Part shown: positions 1-8,905 of the stretch, piece after piece
Numbering within the stretch: the first letter of the stretch is position 1
How the letters are laid out: the number at the start of each line of letters is the position of its first letter
Origin: a bacterium
Lineage (GTDB): Bacteria > UBA8248
DNA: 63,665 bases
NCBI GenBank assembly: GCA_965213685.1
Contig: CBDBZY010000042.1
Span: forward strand, 1-63,665
Direction of reading: 5' to 3'
The notes under the pieces: model-generated
The model's input: only the letters and a program-made list of their open reading frames with translations
Databases searched by the model: none
What the model was told of the DNA's origin: nothing
Position numbers and translations under genes: made by a program

Positions 1-29
1 TTGCCCGGCCGGGCAAAACGCGGAATAAT
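1..29 (+). promoter_or_regulatory. Possible sigma70 promoter of the AOR gene, overlapped by a 16-bp palindrome
   Basis: TTGCCC-N17-AATAAT; positions 1-16 TTGCCCGGCCGGGCAA are a perfect palindrome; at the window edge. Confidence 0.35.
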
Positions 30-120
30 CCTCCCCTGAGAAAAGAACAACTGCTGACAAGATAGCGAAAATCCAGAACCCCATGCGTCGCGGCATATTC
101 AGAGGAGGCTGGCACAAAAA

Positions 121-1989
121 ATGTGGACAGACGCCAAAAACGGAACCACCTCGGCAGCGGACTACAGGTACAGGAGCGCCTCTGTTGACCTCGGCAGCGG
201 AAGCATCGCGATAGAGGACAAGCCCTGCGCGGATTTGGAGGATTTCCTGGGAGGAATCGGCCGAATTTTCAAAATCCTCTCTCACCATGACGTGCCCGAC
301 CCCTATGCCCCCTCCGCTCCGCTCGTTATGGAGCTCGGCTGTTTTTCCGGCACCAACCTGATGACGGGGCTGCGAACTTTCTTTGGCGGCTACAGTCCGC
401 TCAAGAGCACGCGCGCGGGCGCCCCCTCGGCCATGTATTCGGCGGGCTCCGGCAAATTCGGCACCAAGGTGGCCTGCGCCGGCATAGACGAAATCATCTT
501 CACGGGCAGGAGCGACGCGCCCGTCACGCTGGTGATCCGAAGCGACGCCCTCGGCGGTCCGGCGAGCCTGGAGCTGGTGGACGCCGCACCCCTTCTCGGG
601 AAGGATTCGCACGAGAAAATCATGGCGCTCGCCGGCGAGTATGACGACGCGCATTTCGCCGTCATCGGCCCGCCGGGTGAGAACTACGAGACGAACCGGA
701 TGGCGTCCATCGTCCTGAGCACGGAAAACCAGCTCAAGACGAACGAGTGCAAGCCGCGGTTCTGCGGGCGCGGCGGATTCGGCGGCGTGATGGGCTCCAA
801 AAACCTCATCGCCATCGTCGCGCAAGCCCCGGACGACAAATCGCCCGTCACGAACGTCGTGAAAGAGGCGAACAAGGTCATCTCCCGCGGCGCCGGCTCC
901 AAAAATTACCGCGACGCCCACAAGGCCGACGGCGGCGGCGGCACGTGGCGAAACATCGCGGGCCTCCACCCGCTGGGCTGTCTGCCCGAGAGAAACTTCT
1001 GGGCACCGGGAAACGATGACGCCGTTCAGCTCTACAGGAGCAGCTTCGAGGAGCCCTATGTCATCAAGGACGAATCGTGCTTCAAGTGCGGCATCGCCTG
1101 CCACAAGAACATCTATGACAGGCCAGAGGGGGAGACGGCCGAAGGGAGAAAGGCGAAAAAAGGGAAATTCCGGGTCAAGTTCGACTACGAGCCCCTCGAC
1201 CTCATCACGGCGAACTGCGGCGTCTATGACCCGGAAGAATCGCTCGATCTCGTCGAGCTGGGCGACCGCATGGGGTATGACGCCATCAGCCTGGGCGCCA
1301 CCATCAGCTACGCCATGGAATGGAACGAAAGAAACCCGGACAAGCCCGTGCTCGACGGCATCCGCTTCGGCGACGCCCGGAAGATGGATGCGCTGATTCG
1401 CCGGGCGGCGGCGGGCGAGTGCGAAGAGCTGGCGCAAGGCACCATGCGCCTGGCCCAGCAATGCGGCGACCTCTCCTTCGCCATGCAGGGCAAGGGCCTC
1501 GAATACCCGGCCTATCTGCCCGAGACCAATCCGGGCTACCCCTGGGCGCTGGCCGGCGGCCACATGAGCATGCGCACGTTTCTGCTGCTCATCCTGGACG
1601 GCCAGAAAACGGACATCGACTATTGGGAAAACGCCATCTTGAACGGCATCTACTATACGAGGGACGACCTCATCGGCACCTGCAAATTCGCAGGCGCGCC
1701 CAACGACAACATCGTCGACAGCCTCAACGACATGTTCGGCCTCTCGTTGACGGAAGACGACGTGAACCAGGCCATCAGGCGCTCCTACCTGAGAGGACGC
1801 TTGCTGGAGAAGAAAGTGGGCTATACCGATGCGGAATACGACGTGCCCGCCCGCGTATATGAAGGGGCGAATGAAAACTTGAAAATGCCCAGCTTCATGA
1901 CGCGCGAGTTCATGGATGAGCTCAAGAAGCGAACCGAGGCGAACTGGGACAGGCTCACGGAGGAGGAGGGCATCGCTCTTCCCGCCTGA
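121..1989 (+). CDS. Aldehyde:ferredoxin oxidoreductase family (W/Mo-bis-pterin, 4Fe-4S)
   Basis: 622 aa; GRGGFGGVMGSKNL, CFKCGIAC plus GTCKF, DRMGYDAIS; GAGGAGG RBS upstream. Confidence 0.9.
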   Translation: MWTDAKNGTTSAADYRYRSASVDLGSGSIAIEDKPCADLEDFLGGIGRIFKILSHHDVPDPYAPSAPLVMELGCFSGTNLMTGLRTFFGGYSPLKSTRAGAPSAMYSAGSGKFGTKVACAGIDEIIFTGRSDAPVTLVIRSDALGGPASLELVDAAPLLGKDSHEKIMALAGEYDDAHFAVIGPPGENYETNRMASIVLSTENQLKTNECKPRFCGRGGFGGVMGSKNLIAIVAQAPDDKSPVTNVVKEANKVISRGAGSKNYRDAHKADGGGGTWRNIAGLHPLGCLPERNFWAPGNDDAVQLYRSSFEEPYVIKDESCFKCGIACHKNIYDRPEGETAEGRKAKKGKFRVKFDYEPLDLITANCGVYDPEESLDLVELGDRMGYDAISLGATISYAMEWNERNPDKPVLDGIRFGDARKMDALIRRAAAGECEELAQGTMRLAQQCGDLSFAMQGKGLEYPAYLPETNPGYPWALAGGHMSMRTFLLLILDGQKTDIDYWENAILNGIYYTRDDLIGTCKFAGAPNDNIVDSLNDMFGLSLTEDDVNQAIRRSYLRGRLLEKKVGYTDAEYDVPARVYEGANENLKMPSFMTREFMDELKKRTEANWDRLTEEEGIALPA

Positions 1990-2011
1990 TCAGCCTCACG
2001 TCCGGGGCGAG

Positions 2012-2044
2012 AACGCCCCGCCAGGCGGTGTCTGGCGGGGCGTT
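2012..2044. terminator. Inverted repeat between convergent genes, probable bidirectional terminator
   Basis: AACGCCCCGCCAGGC-GGT-GTCTGGCGGGGCGTT. Confidence 0.6.
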
Positions 2045-2078
2045 GGGGACCCATCCATCAAACCTCGTCATGACGCTA

Positions 2079-2780
2079 CTAGACCCCCCGTTCATCCCCC
2101 CACAGGATGACGTGCAGCCTGGGAACGAATCGGAAACCGCGATTCATCGAACCTTCCGCCAAAGACGACATCCCGCGCCCCATCCGCTCGCGCGTTTTGC
2201 CGCCGGGGGAGATGATGACGCGGTTTCGCGGGAAATCGCAAAGGCCATATTTTTCGAGGAGGGCTTCAACCTCCTCGAGCTCTTTCGCCTGGTGCGCCAC
2301 GAACTTGAGATACGGCTCCCTGGCCTGGCGCAGCCAATCGAGGGTTCGGGGCTGTTTTTCCTCCGCGATTCGGGCCGACTTCAGCTTGGGCGACACATTC
2401 CACTGATCCACCCACTGGAGAGCGTCTCCCGGTGGCGGGACGTGACCCGCCGTCTCGACCTCCACCCGGACGCCCCGCCGGTGAAGCGACTCGACGAGCG
2501 TTGAAAACAGGGGAGATTCCAGGGGCTCTCCCCCCGTCACCACCGCCTGGGCGCCTCGGTGCTCTCCGCAAAAATCCAGGATCTCCAAAATGGTTTTCTC
2601 ATCCGCCGGGGCGCCCGACCAGGAGTATTTCGTATCGCACCACGCACAACCCACCGAGCAGCCCATCAGACGGATAAAAACCGACGGGCGGCCGATGGAG
2701 GCGCCCTCTCCCTGCAAGGAGAAAAAAAGCGGATCGGCGAGGGGGACCGCCACATCCGCTTTTTCGTTTGCCGCCATCAT
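2079..2780 (-). CDS. queE: 7-carboxy-7-deazaguanine synthase (radical SAM)
   Basis: FFSLQGEG, FIRLMGCSVGCAWCDTKY, TGGEP, VETAG, NVSPK, PRLH. Confidence 0.88.
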   Translation of the reverse strand: MMAANEKADVAVPLADPLFFSLQGEGASIGRPSVFIRLMGCSVGCAWCDTKYSWSGAPADEKTILEILDFCGEHRGAQAVVTGGEPLESPLFSTLVESLHRRGVRVEVETAGHVPPPGDALQWVDQWNVSPKLKSARIAEEKQPRTLDWLRQAREPYLKFVAHQAKELEEVEALLEKYGLCDFPRNRVIISPGGKTRERMGRGMSSLAEGSMNRGFRFVPRLHVILWGDERGV

Positions 2781-2858
2781 CACCCTACGCCCGCCGCCTC
2801 GCATCCGTCCGCGCATTCTCCCTCTGGCGGGAAAAAGGACGCCCGAACTTCCGGCGCA

Positions 2859-3143
2859 CTACCCGAGCGCCGCCGAAACGATGAGCGCCATGCCGAGGAG
2901 TATCGCCCCCACCACGATTCCGACGGCCCTGTTCTGATCTTTGGAGAGCGCGTCGTTCACCGAGAACGGCGTGATCCACTCGAAAATCTTGTACCCGATC
3001 ATCAACAGGATGATGCCGACCAGGCCATACACGATGGAGAGAAAGAGACCTGTCCCGACCCCCATGCGAGGCTCCCCGTTGGCGAAGACCGCGGCAGGCG
3101 TCATCCCAAAACCCAAAGCAGCAGTGATTGCCAGTCTTTTCAT
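2859..3143 (-). CDS. DUF350-family small membrane protein
   Basis: 94 aa; YKIFEWITPF..ALSKDQNRAVGIVVGAILLG; AAGGAG RBS. Confidence 0.75.
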   Translation of the reverse strand: MKRLAITAALGFGMTPAAVFANGEPRMGVGTGLFLSIVYGLVGIILLMIGYKIFEWITPFSVNDALSKDQNRAVGIVVGAILLGMALIVSAALG

Positions 3144-3175
3144 GCGTGAAACTCCTTGTGAGAGATCGGAAAGGC

Positions 3176-3607
3176 TCAACGCCGAGACATGATTCGCAAA
3201 ACAAACAGCAGGATGAGGGGGAGGAGAAGCATCTGCCCCAGTCCGGGAAGGCCCCATCCGCCGCCGAACCCCCATCCCCCGAGAAGCCCCAACCCCATCC
3301 CCAGGCCAAATCCGCGGCGGCCGGAGAACCTTCGGTCGGCGCTCCGGGCGGAGCTGCTTCGCCTCGAGAAAGATCGCCTGCCGAAAGAGCGGGAGCGCGC
3401 GAATCCGCCAAACGAGCGCCCTCCGCCGAAACGCCTGGCCTCCGCGATGGACGGGCGCAGCGCGACGACGGCGAAGGCGCCGGAAAACGCAAGGGTGCTG
3501 CGCACGACGGGCGGCAACGAGGCGGGGGCGGGCGCGATGAACCCGCCGCCCATCATCAGGATGGGAAGGCAACAAACGGAGCGAAGGAAAGGGAGCGCGG
3601 TTTTCAA
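3176..3607 (-). CDS. Small Gly/Arg/Ser-rich membrane protein (start uncertain, probably downstream of 3607)
   Basis: Signal-like segment ending AEA, then RRFGGGRSFGG..RSRSFGRRSFS and a hydrophobic C-terminus. Confidence 0.55.
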   Translation of the reverse strand: MKTALPFLRSVCCLPILMMGGGFIAPAPASLPPVVRSTLAFSGAFAVVALRPSIAEARRFGGGRSFGGFARSRSFGRRSFSRRSSSARSADRRFSGRRGFGLGMGLGLLGGWGFGGGWGLPGLGQMLLLPLILLFVLRIMSRR

Positions 3608-3684
3608 TGCGGCCTCTCTGCAGAGGGTCTCAACACCGTGAAAACAGCCTAGCAGGGAGCGGATGATTTCTCAATCGTCCGCTT

Positions 3685-4464
3685 TCAGTCCCATTTCCTG
3701 CCCGGCATGTGGTTATAGACGCTGTTCAGGATGCCGCCATCGATATCGAGGCGCGAAGCCGTAATCCAGTCGGATTCCCCGGAGAGCAGAAACAAGATGC
3801 CGTGCGCGATGTCCACCGGCTGGCCCACGCGGCCCAGCGGGGTCACGTCGCTTCTGCCTTTCTTGATTTCCGGGTCCTGCAGATAGGCGGTCAGCGGCGT
3901 TTCCGTATGGCCGGGACACACGGCGTTCACGCGAATTCCCTTGCGCGCCCATTCGATGCCCAGCTGCTTGGAGAGCATGATGATGCCCGCCTTCACCGTG
4001 CTGTATGCCCCCGACAGGCCATACGGCTGAACGCCCGCGTTCGACGAGAGGTTCACGATGGCACCCGCCCTTTCGTTCTCTATCAGCCAGCGGCCCGCCG
4101 CCTGGCACATCAAGAACATGCCCGTAAGGCCAACGTCCACCACCATCTTCCAGCTCGCCAGGGGCAGGTCGACCAGGGGGGCGGGGTCCATCCTGATGGC
4201 GCAGTTCACCAGGTGGTCCAGGCCGCCAAACTCGCCCACCGTGCGCTCCACCGCCGCCTGGCAGGATGCTTCATCCGTCACGTCGAGCCTTTGAAATGCC
4301 GCGTTCTCCCTTCCGAGCCTGTCCTCGAGCGCGACGCCCAACTCCTCGTTCACATCCCCGATGAGAACGCGGCCTCCCTGCTCCACATACATCTCGCACG
4401 TTTTGGCGCCGATTCCCCGGGCACCCCCCGCTACGATGCACACATCTCCCTCAAAGCGGCCCAT
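3685..4464 (-). CDS. SDR family NAD(P)-dependent oxidoreductase
   Basis: AGGARGIG, YSTVK, VNAVCPG, DGG. Confidence 0.9.
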   Translation of the reverse strand: MGRFEGDVCIVAGGARGIGAKTCEMYVEQGGRVLIGDVNEELGVALEDRLGRENAAFQRLDVTDEASCQAAVERTVGEFGGLDHLVNCAIRMDPAPLVDLPLASWKMVVDVGLTGMFLMCQAAGRWLIENERAGAIVNLSSNAGVQPYGLSGAYSTVKAGIIMLSKQLGIEWARKGIRVNAVCPGHTETPLTAYLQDPEIKKGRSDVTPLGRVGQPVDIAHGILFLLSGESDWITASRLDIDGGILNSVYNHMPGRKWD

Positions 4465-4481
4465 GGCCAGCCTCCTCTCTC

Positions 4482-5291
4482 TCAAGTCGTCCGATACGCT
4501 ATCCCCCTGCCGCCCCAGCGCCGCCCGGGCGTGTGAATCATCTTGCTCTCCACCTGTCCGCCGTCCACCGGCAGGTTCGCCGCCGTGATGTAGCGCGCGC
4601 GATCCGAGAGCAGAAAAACGCACCCCTCCGCGATGTCTTCCGGCCTCCCCACGCGGCCCATCGGCACCACGGCGGCGCGGCCCGCCGCGATCTCCGGATC
4701 CTGAAACATGGCCTCCGTCATCGGGGTGCGCACCTGGCCCGGGGAGACGGCGTTCGCGCGCACGCCGCGTCCGCCCCATTCCACGCCAAAGAGCCTGGCC
4801 AGCATGATGGCCCCCGCCTTGCACACGCTATAGGCCCCCGCCAGGGGATAGGTCTGCATCCCGCCGATGGAGGACACGAAAACGATCGACCCCTCTCCTT
4901 TTTCGAGCATCACCCGCCCCGCCGCCTGGGCACAGAGAAAATAGCCCTTGAGCCCGATGTCCATCACCATGTCCCAGTCGGCTTCGGGCAAGTCCTCCAG
5001 CCTCCCCGGCACGAGCTTAATCGCGCAGCACACCAGCCCGTCTATCGTCCCGAGGGCGCGCAGCGCCTCGGCCGCCATGCGCTCGGCGTCGGCCTTTTTC
5101 GAGGTGTCCATCTCTATCGCTATCGCCCGCCCCCCCTTCTGCCGGAGCAAGTCCACCGTCCCGGCGGCGGATTTCGGGTTGACGTCGGCCACGGCGACCT
5201 CGGCTCCCTCGTCCGCAGCGAGCAGGCACGTGGCCCGGCCGATGCCGCTCCCCCCTCCCGTCACGACGATCTTCTTGCCGTCGAGCATCAT
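4482..5291 (-). CDS. SDR family NAD(P)-dependent oxidoreductase
   Basis: TGGGSGIG, YSVCK, ANAVSPG, VDGG. Confidence 0.9.
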   Translation of the reverse strand: MMLDGKKIVVTGGGSGIGRATCLLAADEGAEVAVADVNPKSAAGTVDLLRQKGGRAIAIEMDTSKKADAERMAAEALRALGTIDGLVCCAIKLVPGRLEDLPEADWDMVMDIGLKGYFLCAQAAGRVMLEKGEGSIVFVSSIGGMQTYPLAGAYSVCKAGAIMLARLFGVEWGGRGVRANAVSPGQVRTPMTEAMFQDPEIAAGRAAVVPMGRVGRPEDIAEGCVFLLSDRARYITAANLPVDGGQVESKMIHTPGRRWGGRGIAYRTT

Positions 5292-5353
5292 GGCGCAACC
5301 CTCCCTCCACCAGGGGCGATTCCTGAAAAATTAAATTGTTCTTGCGCTTTCGC

Positions 5354-6487
5354 TCACTCCTCGTTCTCGGTGGACGCCTGAACCCGCCACACCTGCACGA
5401 TCGAGCCGACAATGCCTCTCGGAGCCAACAATATCGTGATGATGAAGAACAAGCCGATAATGAGAATCGCCCGCTCGGTATATTCGCCGAGGAAATCGTT
5501 GAGGATATGAACGAAGCTGGCGCCGACGAAGGGGCCGACGAGCGTTCCGAGCCCGCCGACGACCGACCAGATGACAATCTCTCCGGAATGAATGACGTCC
5601 ATCTGTTCGGCGCCGATGATACCGTTTTTCAACAACAGCAATACCCCCGCCACCGAGGTGAAAAATCCAGAAACAGCCGTGTTGAATATCTTGTAGGCAT
5701 TCACGTTGTAGCCGAGATAAGCGGCTCTGCGCTCATTTTCGCGAATGCCCAGAAACACCAGGCCAACGGGCGAGCGGAGAAAGACCCTCAAACACAGGTA
5801 GGACAAGAACACGACACCGAACGTCAAGTACCAAAAATGCGTGAATACTCCGGTGTCGACTATGAACAGGCCGAAGAAATCGAGCGTGGGCAGTTCAATC
5901 GTCATGCCGTCCTCACCGTTGGTCATGGAGACCCAGGAGTTCGCGACGATGAACGCCACGCTGCCGAAAACCAGCGTAATGATGCCGAAATATATGTCGC
6001 GCACGCGGACTGAAAACGCCCCCATGCAGGTCGTGATAGCCGTCCCCGTGACAACCGCGAGCCAGATCGCCGCCCAGGGGCTCCATCCGAACCTGGTGAG
6101 CATGATCGCGGTGGTGTAGGCTGCGACTCCCGCCAACGCGGCATGCGCGAAACTGGCGAGTCCGACGAAACCCATCATGACGTCGAGGCTCATGGCCAGC
6201 AAGCCCAGGATAAGCATCTCGCTGAAAAAACGCTGCCCGAAATCGCTGGCCCAGAGAGGGAGGCTCAGTCCGACCGCAAGGAGTGCGAAGCCGGCGTATT
6301 TGATCCTGAGGAACGGCTGTGCGGCGCGCTTCATCCGGTCGGGGAGCCTGGACAGAAGCCATACGAGGATCGGCAACAAAGCGAGCGTGCCGAGCAGTTT
6401 CACCGCCGCCGGCACCGGCAAAAGCCAGAAGGTCACCCCGATCAGGGTGATCACCGGAACTCCGATCCGAAGCGATAGAGCGATCAT
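5354..6487 (-). CDS. livM: Branched-chain amino acid-type ABC permease
   Basis: GLASFAHAA, YFGIITL, TNGEDG, IRENERRA..LGY, GGLGTLVGP; ATGA overlap with livH. Confidence 0.9.
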   Translation of the reverse strand: MIALSLRIGVPVITLIGVTFWLLPVPAAVKLLGTLALLPILVWLLSRLPDRMKRAAQPFLRIKYAGFALLAVGLSLPLWASDFGQRFFSEMLILGLLAMSLDVMMGFVGLASFAHAALAGVAAYTTAIMLTRFGWSPWAAIWLAVVTGTAITTCMGAFSVRVRDIYFGIITLVFGSVAFIVANSWVSMTNGEDGMTIELPTLDFFGLFIVDTGVFTHFWYLTFGVVFLSYLCLRVFLRSPVGLVFLGIRENERRAAYLGYNVNAYKIFNTAVSGFFTSVAGVLLLLKNGIIGAEQMDVIHSGEIVIWSVVGGLGTLVGPFVGASFVHILNDFLGEYTERAILIIGLFFIITILLAPRGIVGSIVQVWRVQASTENEE

Positions 6488-7368
6488 TCGAGACCTCTCT
6501 CGCCCATCAACCCGTTGGGTCGGAAAACCAGGAAGATCATGAGGACGGCGAGGCTGAGAATCTGCGGTTGAGAACCCGGCAGGAATATCGCGCCGATCGC
6601 CTCCAACTCCCCGATCAGGAACGCGGCGAGCATCGTCCCCGGCAAACTGCCGAGACCGCCGACGACGACGACGATGAAGGCGGCGACGATGATGTCCGAC
6701 CCCATGGAGTAGGAGACGCTGAATATCGGAGCGACGAGGACGCCACTCATCGCGGCAAGCCCGCATCCGACCGAAAAGACCAACTGGTACACCCGGGGCA
6801 CCGGCACCCCCATGCAAGCGGCCATCTCCCGGTTCTGGATGGTCGCCTGGATCCACACCCCCCATTTCGAGCGCGTCATGAACAGCCAGAGCAGGAGCAT
6901 GAGGAGAGCGGCCACCCCCATAATGACGATCCGATACAGAGGGAACTCCAGGTCAAAAAAAGGGATGGAGGATTGGATAGGCGCGGGCATGAATTTGCCG
7001 ATGGTGCCGAAAACCGTCAAAGCCGCCTGCTGGAGCACCAGCGCCAATCCGAACGACACCAAAAGGGGAATAAACGGATTTCCCCCATGCGTCGTCCTGA
7101 ACAAGCTCCGTTCTATGGCGAATCCGAAGGCGGCGACGACGACTCCGGCGATCGCCACGGCGCCCCAAAAACCGACCACGCCGGAGCCGAATTCCAGCGC
7201 GAGCCAGCCGGCGAATGCGCCGGCCATATAGAATTCCCCATGGGCGAAATTGACGATGTTCATGACGCCGAGGATGAGTGTGAAACCCGCGGCGACCAGG
7301 GCCAGCACGAGCCCGTTCTGGAGTCCCATGACGGATTCGATGATCAGGCGCTCGATGAATTGCTCCAT
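6484..7368 (-). CDS. livH: Branched-chain amino acid-type ABC permease
   Basis: GFTLILGVMNIVNFAHGEFYM, VVVVGGLGS, FRPNGL. Confidence 0.92.
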   Translation of the reverse strand: MEQFIERLIIESVMGLQNGLVLALVAAGFTLILGVMNIVNFAHGEFYMAGAFAGWLALEFGSGVVGFWGAVAIAGVVVAAFGFAIERSLFRTTHGGNPFIPLLVSFGLALVLQQAALTVFGTIGKFMPAPIQSSIPFFDLEFPLYRIVIMGVAALLMLLLWLFMTRSKWGVWIQATIQNREMAACMGVPVPRVYQLVFSVGCGLAAMSGVLVAPIFSVSYSMGSDIIVAAFIVVVVGGLGSLPGTMLAAFLIGELEAIGAIFLPGSQPQILSLAVLMIFLVFRPNGLMGERGLE

Positions 7369-8081
7369 CAGGAGACGCCCAGATGCTCGCTGAGAACGTT
7401 CATATCCGCCAAGACCTTATCCGATGCACCGCTATGGACAATTTGTCCTTTGGCCATGATGTAGCACCGTGCGCTGGAGCGCAGCGCCAACCGGCAATCC
7501 TGTTCGACGAGGAGGATGGCGATTCCAGTATCTTCAGACATCCAGCGGATTATCTGCTCTATCTCGTGGACCATGGCCGGCATCAGGCCCTCGGTCGGTT
7601 CGTCGAGCAATATGAGTTTCGGCTTGGTGACAATCGCCCGCGCCAAGGCGAGCATCTGCTGTTCGCCGCCGGAAAGGGTCGATCCGACCTGACCGGCTCG
7701 CTCCTTCAGGCGGGGAAACGACTCGTATATGGAGTCCAGATTCTTCTGTTTCTCGCCTTCGCTCAATCTCAGCAGGTCGAGTCCGATGCGCAGATTTTGC
7801 ATCACCGACAATCTGGGGAACACCTGCCGGTTTTCCGGGACGTAGCCGATGCCTAAGCTCGCCATCTTGTAGGGGGGAACGCCGGTGACGTCGTGCTTCT
7901 CAAAGAAGATATGGCCCTGGCGCGGGGGATTGAGGCCCATGATGGTCCGCATGGTGGTCGACTTGCCCACCCCGTTTCGACCCAGCAGCGAGACGGTCTC
8001 GCCCTTGCCGACCTCGAGGCTCACCCCCTGAAGGACGTGGCTCTTCTCGTAATAGGAGTGAACAGCCTCAAGCCGCAGCAT
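7368..8081 (-). CDS. livF: ABC ATP-binding protein
   Basis: GRNGVGKST, LSGGEQQMLA, LLDEPTEGL, LVEQ. Confidence 0.92.
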   Translation of the reverse strand: MLRLEAVHSYYEKSHVLQGVSLEVGKGETVSLLGRNGVGKSTTMRTIMGLNPPRQGHIFFEKHDVTGVPPYKMASLGIGYVPENRQVFPRLSVMQNLRIGLDLLRLSEGEKQKNLDSIYESFPRLKERAGQVGSTLSGGEQQMLALARAIVTKPKLILLDEPTEGLMPAMVHEIEQIIRWMSEDTGIAILLVEQDCRLALRSSARCYIMAKGQIVHSGASDKVLADMNVLSEHLGVS

Positions 8082-8823
8082 CGGAGCTTCTCAGATATAC
8101 GCGCTGCACGTCATCGTCATTTCTTATCTCGTCGGGAGAACCCTCCGCGATGATTCGCCCCTGGTGAAACACGCTGATCTCCTCGGCGATCGACATCACG
8201 ACTTCCATGTCATGCTCCACAAGAACGATGCTCAGCTTCTCGGACAACCGCCTGATCAGGTCGGCCGTTCGCTTGGTTTCGACCGCACTCATTCCGGCGG
8301 TCGGCTCGTCGAGAAGCAGCAATTCCGGCGAAAGCGCCAGAGCGAGGCCGATTTCCAGATATTTCTGCTCGCCATGCGCCAGGTTGGAAGCCAGCTTCAC
8401 CCTCTTGGAGGCCAACCCGATTTCTTCAAGCACTTCTTCCACTCTGCTCTCGACCTGTCGATGATCGGCGGCGTTGCGGAACGGATTAAAACTCATGGCG
8501 CGATTCTGGACGGCGAGACGCACATTGTCTTCCACGGCAAGGTTCGGAAATATATTGGTGATCTGAAAAGCAAGGCTGACGCCAAGCCGACTGATTCGAT
8601 GGGGCCGCATTCGGGACGTCTCGACTCCGTTGATCCGGATTTGGCCGTCCGACGGTCGCTGCACGCCCATGAGCATGCTGAAAAACGTGCTTTTGCCGGC
8701 GCCGTTCGGACCGATGATGGCCCGCAACTGGCCTTTCGGGAGTTGGAAGTCCACATGGTCGACGGCGACCAACGCGCCGAACACTTTGGTCAGAGATTTC
8801 GTCTCCAGAATGAAACCGGACAT
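8068..8823 (-). CDS. livG: ABC ATP-binding protein
   Basis: GPNGAGKST, LAHGEQK, LLDEPTAGM, VEHDM. Confidence 0.92.
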   Translation of the reverse strand: MSGFILETKSLTKVFGALVAVDHVDFQLPKGQLRAIIGPNGAGKSTFFSMLMGVQRPSDGQIRINGVETSRMRPHRISRLGVSLAFQITNIFPNLAVEDNVRLAVQNRAMSFNPFRNAADHRQVESRVEEVLEEIGLASKRVKLASNLAHGEQKYLEIGLALALSPELLLLDEPTAGMSAVETKRTADLIRRLSEKLSIVLVEHDMEVVMSIAEEISVFHQGRIIAEGSPDEIRNDDDVQRVYLRSSDAAA

Positions 8824-8845
8824 GCGGAACCTCCGTCATGAACGC

Positions 8846-8890
8846 AAAAGCCCCCCCCGCTCGGAGAAACCGGGCAAGGGGGGCGGTTTT
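8846..8890 (-). terminator. Hairpin after the substrate-binding gene (terminator or mRNA-stabilising stem)
   Basis: Minus strand GCCCCCCTTGCCCGG-TTTCT-CCGAGCGGGGGGGGC followed by TTTT. Confidence 0.55.
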
Positions 8891-8905
8891 CACTTCGCGG
8901 CCAGA

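Noticed and set aside
2079-2780. Dpd-type deazaguanine DNA modification system
   Set aside because: No dpdA/tgt-like or other dpd genes nearby
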